64,000 nucleotides of DNA from Actinomycetota bacterium (lineage in GTDB: Bacteria; Actinomycetota; Thermoleophilia; BMS3ABIN01), in the NCBI GenBank assembly GCA_023382335.1, contig JAMCPM010000006.1:70372-134371 (forward strand). Reading direction: 5' to 3'. Positions 1-9,837 of this stretch are shown in pieces; the stretch's first letter is position 1; every line of letters begins with the position of its first letter. Under the pieces are notes generated by a model. That model saw only the letters and a program-made list of their open reading frames with translations. It did no database searches and was not told the origin of the DNA. Made by a program: the position numbers and the translations under genes.

Positions 1-486
1 CGCAAGATCGCCCGGATCGAAGACGAGGCCTGCGTCGGCTGCGGCGAATGCGTCGCCACCTGTTTCACCGGCGCCATCGGCATCAGCTGGAAGTCCGACC
101 CCGCCATAGTCCAGCAGAAGATGGTCGAGTTCGCCGCCGCGGCGCTGACTGAGAAGCAGGGCCGCTTTGCCGCCCTCAACTTCATCCTCGACGTCACGCC
201 CGACTGCGACTGCCTCGGCTGGAGCGACAACCCAATAGTGCCCAACATCGGCATCGCCGCTTCCTTCGACCCGGTATCGGTCGACGCCGCCTCGCTGGAC
301 CTGGTCAATCAGGCCCAGGGCAACGCCATGAGCGCCCTGGCCGGCGAAGGGCTCACCAGCAGCGACAAATTCGGCTCCGTCCACCATGGCATCGACGCCA
401 CGGCACAGCTGGCTCATGGTGAGAAGATCGGCCTGGGACAGCGCGGCTACGAACTGGTCACGCTCGACAAGGACGAGGCGGAATAG
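1..486 (+). CDS. DUF362 domain protein with 4Fe-4S ferredoxin-type cluster motif (5' partial, runs off window start)
   Basis: The frame is open from base 1: RKIARIEDEACVGCGECVATCF... (CxxCxxC Fe-S motif). It continues into the 121..486 ORF, which shows DUF362-like conservation (TPDCDCLGWSD). Stop at 484-486. Confidence 0.6.
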   Translation, partial: RKIARIEDEACVGCGECVATCFTGAIGISWKSDPAIVQQKMVEFAAAALTEKQGRFAALNFILDVTPDCDCLGWSDNPIVPNIGIAASFDPVSVDAASLDLVNQAQGNAMSALAGEGLTSSDKFGSVHHGIDATAQLAHGEKIGLGQRGYELVTLDKDEAE

Positions 487-626
487 GCGATACCGCTCGC
501 CCGCTCACTGCCCCGAAGAACAATTTCCCTTGACAAAATATGGTAGGAAAAGGCATAAAGAAGTAGCGGCTTTTTACCGCCACGGCAACGCTCGACAGCA
601 ACACTGTAAAAACGGGAGGAACATCG

Positions 627-797
627 ATGGCCTTTGAAATCTCTGACGAATGCCTCGCCTGCGGCGTATGCATGGACGAATGTCCGGCTGAATGTATTTC
701 CGAAGGCGGAGATATCTTTGTGATCGACTCCAGCGCGTGCACCGACTGCGGCTCCTGCGCCGAGGTCTGTCCCAATGAAGCGATCAGTGAAGGTTAA
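627..797 (+). CDS. small 2x[4Fe-4S] ferredoxin (56 aa)
   Basis: Not in the ORF track because it is under 60 aa. ATG at 627 is preceded by GGGAGG at 614-619. Translation MAFEISDECLACGVCMDECPAECI...IDSSACTDCGSCAEVCPNEAISEG has two CxxCxxCxxxCP motifs. TAA stop at 795-797. Confidence 0.7.
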   Translation: MAFEISDECLACGVCMDECPAECISEGGDIFVIDSSACTDCGSCAEVCPNEAISEG

Positions 798-848
798 CAG
801 CGGCAAATATTTCACAGATATAGATCTCCGGGAGCAAGGGTTTGACCC

Positions 849-1706
849 TTGCTCTTTCATTTGAGGGAATTGATGCTGCGCGTCTGCCCCACTCCCATCG
901 GCAATCTCGGCGATATCACGCTGCGAGTCCTCGAGGTCCTCAAGGCTGCCGACCTCGTCGCCGCCGAGGACACCCGGCACACGCGCCAACTGCTGACCCA
1001 CTACGGCTTCAGTAAACCTCTGGTCAGCTTTTATGAACACAACGAGCTCAACCGCCTGCCGGATCTGCTGGAAAGGCTGAGGCGCGGCGAAGAGATCGCG
1101 CTGGTCTCAGACGCCGGTATGCCGGGAATCTGCGATCCCGGCTACAGCCTGATCAGCGCCGCGCTGGAGCAGGGTCTGGAGGTCGAGGTTCTCCCGGGCC
1201 CATCGGCGCTGGACACGGCCCTGGTGGCGTCGGGTTTCGCCACCGACTCTTTTGTCTTCCTCGGCTACCTGCCGCGCAAGCCCGGGGAGCTGGCAAAGGC
1301 TCTGACCTTCATCGCCGCCCAGAACCGCACCTGCGTCGCCTACGAATCGCCACATCGACTGGCCAGGACCCTCGCCGCCGCGGCAAATGTGCTCGGCGAC
1401 GAACGGATGGCCGTCTGCCGTGAGCTGACCAAGAGATTCGGGGAAGTCTCCCGCGGCGCCGCCGGCGAGCTGGCGGCGAAGCTGCCGGAAAAGGTGAAAG
1501 GAGAAATCGTGCTGGTCTTCGAGGGAACTGAGGAAAGCGGAACTGAGCCGTCTGAAAACAAAGGCCTGGCAGCAGCGATTCGCGGCATGCTCGACGAAGG
1601 CATCTCCGCCCGCCGCGCCTCGGAACTGCTCGCGCAGGCGACCGGCGCATCGCAGAACCGGATCTACAAGCTCGCCCTGGCGGTTAAAGGTGAAAAGGAA
1701 GACTAA
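849..1706 (+). CDS. rsmI: 16S rRNA (cytidine1402-2'-O)-methyltransferase RsmI
   Basis: TPIGNLGDITLRVLEVL...AAEDTRHT...LVSDAGMPGICDPGY is the typical RsmI/tetrapyrrole-methylase fold. The true start may be the internal ATG at 873 (MLRVCPTPIGN). Confidence 0.85.
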   Translation: MLFHLRELMLRVCPTPIGNLGDITLRVLEVLKAADLVAAEDTRHTRQLLTHYGFSKPLVSFYEHNELNRLPDLLERLRRGEEIALVSDAGMPGICDPGYSLISAALEQGLEVEVLPGPSALDTALVASGFATDSFVFLGYLPRKPGELAKALTFIAAQNRTCVAYESPHRLARTLAAAANVLGDERMAVCRELTKRFGEVSRGAAGELAAKLPEKVKGEIVLVFEGTEESGTEPSENKGLAAAIRGMLDEGISARRASELLAQATGASQNRIYKLALAVKGEKED

Positions 1707-1826
1707 CGCCGGGCGGGGATGTTTCCTTAAGCGAGACTGGCGAAGCCAGATAACGATAATTCAGACTGAATCAGCTACTGGCTGAGCCGTTGAGCGAAGG
1801 GGACATCCCCGCCCGGCGTTACCAGT

Positions 1827-2498
1827 CTACTTCTCCCCCACCAGCACCTCGAAAAATCCGCGCCCGGCGATATGCCGCGTCACGCCCCAAAAACCTGCTT
1901 CCATCACCTCGCGGTAGAGTCCATGAGACCACATATCGGTCAAGGTGTCAGTCTCGAACATGCGCACGAATCGCATCCCCAGCTTGGTGGAAAGAGTGTC
2001 CGGCCGTCTCATGTCGGCAAGCACCGCCAGACCGCCCGGCTTCAGCACCCGGTGCATCTCCGCCAGCGCGTTTGCCCGGCCTTGCCGGTTCATCTCGTGG
2101 ATCGCCAGTGAAGCGGTGGCGCGGTCGAAGGATTCGTCCTCGAACGGCAGAGCCTCTGCGTTGCCCTGGATGAACTCGACCTGTGACATCTTCACCTTCT
2201 GCCGCCCCATCTCCAGCATCTGCTCCGACATGTCGATGCCCACGGCACGGCCGTCCGGCCCGGTGCAGGCGGCCAGCAGCGCCAGCAGGGTGCCGGTGCC
2301 GCAGGCGACGTCGAGGACGTGCTGCCCGGGGCGCACATCCGCCGCCTCGACGATGCCGCAGCGGAAACCGATCTCGCCGCCTATCCAGCGAAAGGCGTTC
2401 TTGACGCCGAAATCATACAGGCTCGCCAGGCGGCCGAACTCATCGCGATAGTAACCGGAGGTGTGTTCCGTCATCAGATGTGCTCCCTTGTTCTCCAT
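1827..2498 (-). CDS. class I SAM-dependent methyltransferase (UbiE/COQ5-like)
   Basis: Motif I VLDVACGTGTL, followed by ...GIDMSEQML...FDRATASLAIHEM...LKPGGLAVL, a typical Rossmann methyltransferase. It lies directly downstream of the B12 radical SAM gene on the same strand, so a probable operon. Confidence 0.8.
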   Translation of the reverse strand: MENKGAHLMTEHTSGYYRDEFGRLASLYDFGVKNAFRWIGGEIGFRCGIVEAADVRPGQHVLDVACGTGTLLALLAACTGPDGRAVGIDMSEQMLEMGRQKVKMSQVEFIQGNAEALPFEDESFDRATASLAIHEMNRQGRANALAEMHRVLKPGGLAVLADMRRPDTLSTKLGMRFVRMFETDTLTDMWSHGLYREVMEAGFWGVTRHIAGRGFFEVLVGEK

Positions 2499-2546
2499 CT
2501 TGCTAAAAGAAAGTCCGTATCTCAGACTTCCCTGTCCGCCGGCGCC

Positions 2547-3779
2547 TTAATCCTCCTGGCTGACCTGGAACAGTTTGCGGTAGACGCTGCTGTTTCGTGA
2601 GAAAAGGTAGGAACGGTAGGGGTGCCGCATGTAAGACATCGATTTGAGGCCGCGCCAGGTGATCGACGGGTATGAGTAGACCTTTTTACAGGCCCACTGG
2701 TAGCCGGCCTGCAGCTCTTCCGGTGTCATCTTCTTGGGGATGAAGGCGACGTTGCCGACGTCGTATTTTTCCCAGCGGGAATGAATGATCCGGTCCTGAC
2801 TCAGCAGTTCGGCCCTTAGTGATGTGCCCGGGTAGGGCGTCAGCACCGTCAGCTGCGGGCAATCGATGTTGTTGCGGTTGATGAATTTAACAGTCTTCTT
2901 GAAGACGGACTGGTCGTCGCCGTCAAAACCAAAGACAAAGCAGCCGATCAACCCGATCTTGTGCTTGTGGAAGATGCGGATCTTGTCCTCGTATTCCGCC
3001 ACCCGGTTGGAAGCGTTCTTGCCCATCTCGGCGATGTTCTCCTCCGAGAGCGATTCGAAACCGACCAGCATGCCGGCGCAGCCGCTTGCCTGCGCCAGTT
3101 CCATCAGCTCGGCGTCGTCGGCCATATCGATCGATCCCTGGCTGAGCCAGTAGACCCCCAGCGGCGCCAGGGCCTTGAACAGGCGCTTGGCGTAGCTTTT
3201 ATTGGCGGTGATGTTGTTGTCTGTGAAGAAGACGAAGCGATGCTCGGCCGCCTTGACCTCGGCGATGACCTCCTCCACCGGACGGAACCGCATACGCGGC
3301 CCGTAGAAGATCGTGGTCGAACAGAAAGAGCAGCGGAAGGGACATCCCCTCGACGTCTCGACCTTGGGGATGTTCAGATAGGCGTCCTGCTTCATCAGGT
3401 CACGCCTGGGAATCGGCAGACCGGCCAGATCGGGCTTGGCATCGGCGCTGTAGGTCGTCTTCATGCCGCCGTTGCGGTGATCGGCCAGCAGCTGCGGCCA
3501 GGATTCTTCCGCCTCGCCGATGACCACCGAGTCCGCATGCGTCGCCGCCTCTTCAGCCATCAGCGACGGATGCACTCCACCGAGCACTACAGTGCGGCCG
3601 CGCCGCCTGAATTCGTCGGCTATCTCGTATGCCCGCGGGGCCGTCGGCGTCAGCGCCGTGATCGCTATCAGGTCGGCCTCGACGTCAAAATCGATCGGCT
3701 CCACGTTCTCGTCGACGGCGGTTACTTCATGTCCCTCAGGCGTCAACGCGCCCATCAACGGCAGAGTCAGCTGACTCAT
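2547..3779 (-). CDS. B12-binding domain radical SAM protein (conserved N-terminus extends upstream of the first ATG/GTG/TTG; may start near 3842)
   Basis: CPFRCSFCS is the radical SAM CxxxCxxC motif, preceded by a cobalamin-binding N-terminal domain (ITALTPTAPRAYEIADEFRRRGRTVVLGGVHPS). The frame stays open upstream to a stop at 3876-3878 and encodes KILLVQPYHKSNVKTRGKIY, the canonical B12-rSAM N-terminus. No ATG, GTG or TTG is present in that stretch. Confidence 0.85.
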   Translation of the reverse strand: MSQLTLPLMGALTPEGHEVTAVDENVEPIDFDVEADLIAITALTPTAPRAYEIADEFRRRGRTVVLGGVHPSLMAEEAATHADSVVIGEAEESWPQLLADHRNGGMKTTYSADAKPDLAGLPIPRRDLMKQDAYLNIPKVETSRGCPFRCSFCSTTIFYGPRMRFRPVEEVIAEVKAAEHRFVFFTDNNITANKSYAKRLFKALAPLGVYWLSQGSIDMADDAELMELAQASGCAGMLVGFESLSEENIAEMGKNASNRVAEYEDKIRIFHKHKIGLIGCFVFGFDGDDQSVFKKTVKFINRNNIDCPQLTVLTPYPGTSLRAELLSQDRIIHSRWEKYDVGNVAFIPKKMTPEELQAGYQWACKKVYSYPSITWRGLKSMSYMRHPYRSYLFSRNSSVYRKLFQVSQED

Positions 3780-3902
3780 ATAGATCTTGCCGCGGGTCTT
3801 TACGTTAGACTTATGATAGGGTTGAACGAGCAGAATCTTGATGGAAAACTCCTGATCTTTGGGGACCTTTGAACTCTAACAACAGAACCATAATGAAACA
3901 AG

Positions 3903-5336
3903 TTGCCCTCCGCTGCATCCGATAAAAGCTTGATAAAATTGGCCGACGTCGTTCCATTTAGAGGGCTGCGCTATAACCGGGAGGCGGTTTCCGACCTCTC
4001 CCAGGCGATCTCTCCTCCCTATGATATCATCAGCCCCTCCGAGCAGAGGCGTTACCACGAAAAGAACCCTTTCAACGCCATCCATCTGGATTTCGGGATG
4101 GAAAAGCCAGCCGACAGCGAAAGCGACAACCGCTATACCCGGGCCGCCGGATTACTGCGGAAATGGCTCAGCGACCGGGTTCTGTTGCCTGAAGACTCGC
4201 CCGCTTTCTACCTCTGCCGCGAAGAATTCCGGCTCGGCGACGGCTCTACCGCCAGCCGCGAAGGCTTCATCGCGCTCATCCGCCTGGCCGACTTTTCTGA
4301 GGGCGTGGTGCTTCCCCATGAGGAGACCGCCTCAGGCCCCAAGGCGGACCGGCTGCGCCTGATGCAGGCGACCGAGGCCAACCTCAGCGCCATCTACTGC
4401 CTCTACTCCGATCCCGAACATACTGTTATCGGGGAATTACGCGAAGGCGCCGGCGCCAAACCTGAGGTTCAACTGAAGGATGAGGCCGGCACCGTCCATT
4501 CTCTCTGGGTCGTTGACGATCCGGAACATACCGCCGCGGTGAATTCATTTCTTGCCGACAAGACCCTGCTGATCGCCGACGGCCACCATCGTTACGAGAC
4601 GGCGCTGGCCTATCGTGACGAACGGCGCGCTAGAGAAGAGGGCGCCGGCGGCGGCGCTGAAGACTCACCGAACGGCCGGCCCTACGATTTCCTCATGGTG
4701 TACCTGACGGACATGGACAGCACCGGCCCCGCCATCCTGCCGATCCACCGTTTTGTTTCCGGCCTGAGCGAGGGCGCCGCCGAAAATCTTCCCGCGGCCC
4801 TGTCGGAAAAGTTCGATGTTACCGAGATCGAGCGGGGCGCCGCTGCTGAAATCGCCAAGGCTGAAGACGCCGGCGGCTCGCGCCAGCGCCGCCTGCTCGC
4901 GGCCATGGCGGCCGCCGGCCCCGGCCGCAATACTTTCGGCATGTACCTTCCCGCCACCGGCGGCTACTATCTGCTCACCGGCCGTGAGCCCCGTCCCATG
5001 TTCGAGGATACGGCCGACGGCAGCAGCCAGGGCGGCAAGTCAGCGGCTTACCGCTCACTCGACGTCGCCGTCCTCGACCGCGTCATCCTGGACGAAGTCA
5101 TGGGAATCCGTCCCGGCGGCGCCAACGAGTCCGCCAGGGTGCGCTTCGTCGAGCGCACGGAAAAAGCTTTTGAGGAAATCACCAAGCCGGGGTTCGACGC
5201 CGCTTTCTTCCTAAACCCCACAAGTATGCAGGAGATCAAAGAGGTGGCCGAAGCCGGCGAGAAGATGCCGCAGAAATCGACTTATTTTTACCCCAAGCCG
5301 GTGACCGGCCTGGTCTTTCGCAGCTTTAGTTACTAG
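3903..5336 (+). CDS. DUF1015 domain-containing protein
   Basis: N-terminal VVPFRGLRYN...ISPPYDIIS, then ...ADGHHRYETALAY, the characteristic DUF1015 motifs. TTG start at 3903; alternative starts at 3930 or 3939. Confidence 0.75.
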   Translation: MPSAASDKSLIKLADVVPFRGLRYNREAVSDLSQAISPPYDIISPSEQRRYHEKNPFNAIHLDFGMEKPADSESDNRYTRAAGLLRKWLSDRVLLPEDSPAFYLCREEFRLGDGSTASREGFIALIRLADFSEGVVLPHEETASGPKADRLRLMQATEANLSAIYCLYSDPEHTVIGELREGAGAKPEVQLKDEAGTVHSLWVVDDPEHTAAVNSFLADKTLLIADGHHRYETALAYRDERRAREEGAGGGAEDSPNGRPYDFLMVYLTDMDSTGPAILPIHRFVSGLSEGAAENLPAALSEKFDVTEIERGAAAEIAKAEDAGGSRQRRLLAAMAAAGPGRNTFGMYLPATGGYYLLTGREPRPMFEDTADGSSQGGKSAAYRSLDVAVLDRVILDEVMGIRPGGANESARVRFVERTEKAFEEITKPGFDAAFFLNPTSMQEIKEVAEAGEKMPQKSTYFYPKPVTGLVFRSFSY

Positions 5337-5377
5337 CAGCAGCCACCGAAGCACAACTCCCAAGCCAGCGTCGCGCC

Positions 5378-6289
5378 CTAGTGCTGCTCGTCCAGCTCCC
5401 CGTGCGGGCAGGCCGGCTCTGCATGGATCAGCGCGTCGCTCACCGCGGGTATCTTCTTTTTGATCTCCTCCGCCAGTTCATGCGAAATGTCATGGGCCTG
5501 CCCCAGGCTGGTGCCCTCATCCAGCTCGATGCAGAGGTCCAGAAGCACCTTGCTGCCAGCCTGCCGCGCCCTCAGACTATGGAAGTTGACCACCTCGGGA
5601 TGTCCCTTGGCCAGCTCCCGTATCTGTTCGAGCAGTTGTTCGTCGGGACTTTTATCAAGCAGTATCGAGGCCGTGCGCAGGCCTGAACGCACCGCGGTGG
5701 CGCCGATGATGAGCGCCACCATTATCGCCGCGATCGGATCGGCTACCTTTATCCCCAGGGCCGCAAGCGCCAGACCCGCCACGACCGCGAGCGCGCCCCA
5801 CATGTCCGAGATGAAATGGAGCGCGTCCGCCTCCAGGGCGGCGCTGCCGCCGGCCCGGTGGGCGGATGCATGCAGAAAGTGGCTGGTGCGGAAGTCGACG
5901 GCGATGGCGATTATCATCACCGCCAGCGCGTACCAGGTGACCTGGATCTCGAAGCCCTCGATCAGTCGCCTGACCGATTCGTAAACGATGACGATGCAGG
6001 TCCCGCCCAGCAGCAGCATCTGCACCCAGCTGCTCATGTTCTCGAATTTCTCGTGGCCGAAGGCGTGGGTTTCGTCGGCCGGCCTCTCGGCCCAGCGGAT
6101 GCCCAGGTATGCCAGCAGGCTGGCGACGAGATCGAGCAAAGAATGGGTCGCTTCGGCCAGGATGCCGATGCTGCCGGTGAGAACGCCGGCCACCACCTTT
6201 AGCGCGATCAAAAAGATGTTCACCAGCACCGAGACCAGCGCTGCGCCCAGCTTGGTGCCGGTGTTCGGTTTTTCGTGGACATGCATCAA
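5378..6289 (-). CDS. cation diffusion facilitator (CDF) family divalent metal efflux transporter
   Basis: Six predicted TM helices, the HSLLDLV...HFISDMWGA CDF signature, and a C-terminal cytoplasmic domain (HSLRARQAGSKVLLDLCIELD). Confidence 0.85.
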   Translation of the reverse strand: MMHVHEKPNTGTKLGAALVSVLVNIFLIALKVVAGVLTGSIGILAEATHSLLDLVASLLAYLGIRWAERPADETHAFGHEKFENMSSWVQMLLLGGTCIVIVYESVRRLIEGFEIQVTWYALAVMIIAIAVDFRTSHFLHASAHRAGGSAALEADALHFISDMWGALAVVAGLALAALGIKVADPIAAIMVALIIGATAVRSGLRTASILLDKSPDEQLLEQIRELAKGHPEVVNFHSLRARQAGSKVLLDLCIELDEGTSLGQAHDISHELAEEIKKKIPAVSDALIHAEPACPHGELDEQH

Positions 6290-6349
6290 ACAAACTCGTG
6301 GCCGGTGTTATAATAGGTCGCCCTGGAAGCCTCCCCATAAGGACCTGAT

Positions 6350-7348
6350 TTGACACTGTTGCTGCTCGTGATAAGCCTCGCCATAATCCTCGCCGGCTGC
6401 GAGGGTTTCACCAACGGCATCGAGTGGTTCGGCAAGAAACACGGTCTGGGAGAGGGAGCCGTCGGCAGCATCCTGGCCGCGGTCGGCACCGCCCTGCCCG
6501 AGACGCTCATCCCCCTCATCGCCCTGGTCTTCGCCTCCGCTGAGAACTCAAAGGACATCGGCGTCGGCGCCATCCTCGGGGCACCCTTCATGCTCTCCAC
6601 TCTGGCGATGTTCGTCACCGGCGCCGCCCTGGTAATATTCAGCCGAACCAACGGCCGCGATATCAACCCCAGAGTCAACCACAAGATCATCAGCCGCGAC
6701 CTGGGTTTCTTCCTCATCTTTTACCTGACCGCGGTCATTGCCGGGCTTGTCCATGTGCGGCCGCTTCACTGGGTGCTGGTCGGGTTCCTTTTGATAGGTT
6801 ATGGCATTTATGTTTATGTGACGCTAAGGACCGAGGGCGACCTCGACGGCCACACCCGGCCGTTGTACCTGGCAAGCTCGCATCCGCCCAACTTTCCCCG
6901 CCTGCGGTGGATCCTGCTGCAGGTAGCGATCTCCCTCGGCGCCATCATCGCCGGGGCACATTTCTTCATCGGGGCGGTTTCTGACATATCCGGCTATCTG
7001 GGGCTGCCGGCGCTGGTCATCTCCATGCTGATCTCGCCGATCGCCACCGAGCTGCCGGAGAAGTTCAACAGCGTGCTCTGGATCCGCTCGCGGAAAGATA
7101 CCCTCGCCCTGGGGAACATCACCGGCGCGCTGGTTTTTCAGAGCACCTTCCCGGTTTCGATCGGGCTACTGCTGACCAATTGGGAACTCGACACGGTTTC
7201 CCTGGTTAGCGCCGGGATAGCGCTTGGCAGCGGCTCGTTGCTGTATTTATGGATGCGGTTCAAACGGACGCTCAGCTGGTGGATGTTGCTGCTTTGCGGG
7301 GCATGGTACTCGGCGTTTGTGGTCTACGCGCTGGCGACGAACCTGTAA
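6350..7348 (+). CDS. Ca2+/Na+ antiporter (CaCA family, YrbG-like) membrane protein
   Basis: Two alpha-repeat regions, GSILAAVGTALPETLIP and ALGNITGALVFQSTFPVSIG. About 10 TM segments. Confidence 0.8.
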   Translation: MTLLLLVISLAIILAGCEGFTNGIEWFGKKHGLGEGAVGSILAAVGTALPETLIPLIALVFASAENSKDIGVGAILGAPFMLSTLAMFVTGAALVIFSRTNGRDINPRVNHKIISRDLGFFLIFYLTAVIAGLVHVRPLHWVLVGFLLIGYGIYVYVTLRTEGDLDGHTRPLYLASSHPPNFPRLRWILLQVAISLGAIIAGAHFFIGAVSDISGYLGLPALVISMLISPIATELPEKFNSVLWIRSRKDTLALGNITGALVFQSTFPVSIGLLLTNWELDTVSLVSAGIALGSGSLLYLWMRFKRTLSWWMLLLCGAWYSAFVVYALATNL

Positions 7349-7495
7349 CCTAGCCGAACACGAAACGCCCGGCCGCCGGAAATCACAGACGCTGGCAGCC
7401 GCCCCTATTGCCGGCGCCGGCAGCGATTTCAACCATGCCGCGCGGTATGCTAGACTATTTCCCCGGCCGGTGTTTCCGGCCGATTGTGTTACAAG

Positions 7496-7571
<76 letters not shown>

Positions 7572-7606
7572 AGATTTACTTCCTGCTATAACAGGATTCC
7601 ATCAAA

Positions 7607-7641
7607 AAAGGCCACCTTTTGAAGCGGCCTTTTTTCATTTT
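7607..7641 (+). terminator. putative intrinsic terminator after tRNA-Lys
   Basis: aaaaaaGGCCaccttttgaagcGGCCtttttt: a GC stem flanked by an A-run and a T-run, just 3' of the tRNA. Confidence 0.4.
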
Positions 7642-7918
7642 TACACACACCTTTACACCCACCGGGAAACAAAATCCCCTCATTTCAGCTAAAAAGAATC
7701 CCTTCATATAATCCCTTTTACAGTGTTTGATTCTTTCCTGCGCTGATTGTAGCGGCATCGATATAGTCTGGAGCCCTTCGCCGAGCGCGGGATGGGCTTC
7801 CAGGAATTTGCGGAGTCCCTCCTGATCTAACGCCCTTAGCTACGTCAGAGTTTGGCGGAGCTCATCTGCCTTCTTCAACAGAACCTTGATAGGCGCTGTC
7901 ACTCTTCGATCAAGAATC

Positions 7919-9574
7919 TTAGTTAGAGTTTGTTGTGTCAGTACTTGCCAGGTGCTCGTCGCAATAACTATCATAATGTGAAAGATCGTAAACCTTTTTG
8001 TCTGAATCATAGTATCTAAGCTCGGCATTGTTAATCTTGCCGTTTCCCGCAATGACTACATATCGGAACCCATAGCTACAAAGTGCATCATAATTGCCTG
8101 CCTGAAAAGCTTTTTCGATCCCTTCATCTTGCCAAGCGACGCTGCCTGGTCTGCGTGAAATATAGCCGCCGAATATGGGATGGCCATGAATTAGTTGATA
8201 GTTCAACAGCTTATCGGTGGTATCATCAAAAACCGCGCCAGGAGGCATATTCTTTATCGCGTATGCATATGCTGGCTGCTCGGGAATGATCGGCCGCAAT
8301 GGCTGGGCCGGCATGTATTCGAAGACAACCAGCAATATGGTTGCACCAACAACCAGCCGTTTCTTTTTTATTTGGGAGTCCCATATACGCGCCAGCGACA
8401 TGGCGCTGATCATCGACGCGGCCAGGATGACCACGGCCATCATCCGGTTGGGCATGCCGCCAATATTGGCAATCGGCAGAACCGATTGTAGAAGCGAATA
8501 AGGTAAGGGGAGACTTATCTCATAATTCACGATATGTAAAATCGGCCCCAGGCTTAGCAAAAGAAAGAAGAAAAGGATAAAAAGCCACGCCGTGAAGAAA
8601 TCCTTGGCTGGCAACTTCTTGCGATTGATAATTGCAAAGATTATGAGACCCCAGACGCTGATCCCTATGAAACTTTGACCAAGGCCTTCCCCGAAGTGCA
8701 ACTGCTGGCTAAACCAGTCGTTCAGCGGGCCAGGAATTATAAAGCTTATCAGTTCGGTAGAAAAGACTTCCGGTATGTGTAAGTCGACGAAACCGCCTGC
8801 CTTAAAAGCACGCGACAATGCCAATAGAAAAGGGGAGATTGCGGCAACCGAAATTGTTAAGAAAATTCCGAACGAAACCAGATGTCTGATTGTAGCGAAG
8901 TACTCCGGCTTTTTCTTGATCATTACAGCAATCAGGAAAATGAATGCCAGCAGAGCGGCATAGAAAGCATAATATAGTTCTGAATAAAAAGTGAGGATGA
9001 GAAAGAGCGCAGCAATTGATGCAGTTGTGATACGTGGTCGTATTAGCATTTTGTGCCAGAAAAGCAAAAACAACGGTAGCCATTCGAGAGAAGTCAAGTT
9101 GATATGGCTGCCAAGGTGCAGAACCGAATATCCGGAAAAGGCATAGATAAAACCGGCCAGAATGCTCGGCCAGTAGTTCTCGCAAAAATAATAAGCAAGC
9201 AAAAAAGCGCTTAAGCCACTGGCGACTACTGATATAACCACAAGAATATTGTATGAAGTGAAGGGAGAGAAGAATGACTCTAAAAAAACCCCGGGAATTG
9301 AATTCACAAGACTTAAAGTATGCGCCAGCAACGAAGTCCCTTCCGGGAAATGAATCATTGAAGAAAAATACGGATTTTGCAGATTTACAATCGATTGGCG
9401 CACATGCCATATATTCCAGACGTTTTGCATGCCATCCACTTCGTCGCCGAAGAAGCGTGATGGAAGTTCCAGGATTGCAGGAAAAGAAAGAATACAAAAA
9501 CATGCGAAGTATACAAATGCGGGGAAAACGCCAAACTTAATAAAACGTGCCTTAGACAGCTTCGCTAGATTCAT
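7919..9574 (-). CDS. large polytopic membrane protein, GT-C-fold/YfhO-like (putative membrane glycosyltransferase), in AT-rich islet
   Basis: 551 aa with more than 10 predicted TM helices, an FGDEVDG acidic motif in the first extracytoplasmic loop, and a C-terminal soluble domain. Codon usage is strongly AT-biased, unlike the flanking genes. Confidence 0.6.
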   Translation of the reverse strand: MNLAKLSKARFIKFGVFPAFVYFACFCILSFPAILELPSRFFGDEVDGMQNVWNIWHVRQSIVNLQNPYFSSMIHFPEGTSLLAHTLSLVNSIPGVFLESFFSPFTSYNILVVISVVASGLSAFLLAYYFCENYWPSILAGFIYAFSGYSVLHLGSHINLTSLEWLPLFLLFWHKMLIRPRITTASIAALFLILTFYSELYYAFYAALLAFIFLIAVMIKKKPEYFATIRHLVSFGIFLTISVAAISPFLLALSRAFKAGGFVDLHIPEVFSTELISFIIPGPLNDWFSQQLHFGEGLGQSFIGISVWGLIIFAIINRKKLPAKDFFTAWLFILFFFLLLSLGPILHIVNYEISLPLPYSLLQSVLPIANIGGMPNRMMAVVILAASMISAMSLARIWDSQIKKKRLVVGATILLVVFEYMPAQPLRPIIPEQPAYAYAIKNMPPGAVFDDTTDKLLNYQLIHGHPIFGGYISRRPGSVAWQDEGIEKAFQAGNYDALCSYGFRYVVIAGNGKINNAELRYYDSDKKVYDLSHYDSYCDEHLASTDTTNSN

Positions 9575-9606
9575 CTTATCATTCCGCGGTTACAAGCAAT
9601 TCAGGA

Positions 9607-9831
9607 TTATACTGCCCGGAGAAAGCAAAAATCCAAGCAGCAATACTTTTTAATTAAGAAAACAAAAAAAGATTCGTGGCGGGAATAAATGGTCTCATCG
9701 GTTTCCAGAATCACTGAAAGTACGCTCAATAAAATGAGAGTAACGATAGAGACATTGAAAATTTTTCCAGGCAGGTCCTCAGATTTAAAATCTAAGATCT
9801 CGAATACGATGCTATGCACTTTTTTTCGCAT
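9607..9831 (-). CDS. hypothetical small protein (AT-rich islet)
   Basis: 74-aa ORF with a hydrophobic stretch, in the AT-rich segment between the lipoprotein gene and the membrane protein gene. Supported by the ORF call only. Confidence 0.25.
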   Translation of the reverse strand: MRKKVHSIVFEILDFKSEDLPGKIFNVSIVTLILLSVLSVILETDETIYSRHESFFVFLIKKYCCLDFCFLRAV

Positions 9832-9837
9832 CAGGAT

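Noticed and set aside
849-872. Upstream start of rsmI at 849 versus the internal ATG at 873
   Set aside because: Both are possible. I kept the longer ORF but noted that the 873 start gives the canonical M-(L)-x-V-x-TPIGN N-terminus.
2961-3872. 303-aa plus-strand ORF inside the radical SAM gene
   Set aside because: It is antisense to a gene with clear radical SAM motifs, and its composition is a GC-frame artefact.
7740-7900. GC-rich fragments reading ...LEPFAERGMGFQEFAESLLI* in the AT-rich islet, which look like the C-terminus of a gene
   Set aside because: They are too short, have no start or RBS, and are unidentifiable. They are mentioned only as possible decay remnants under the islet finding.
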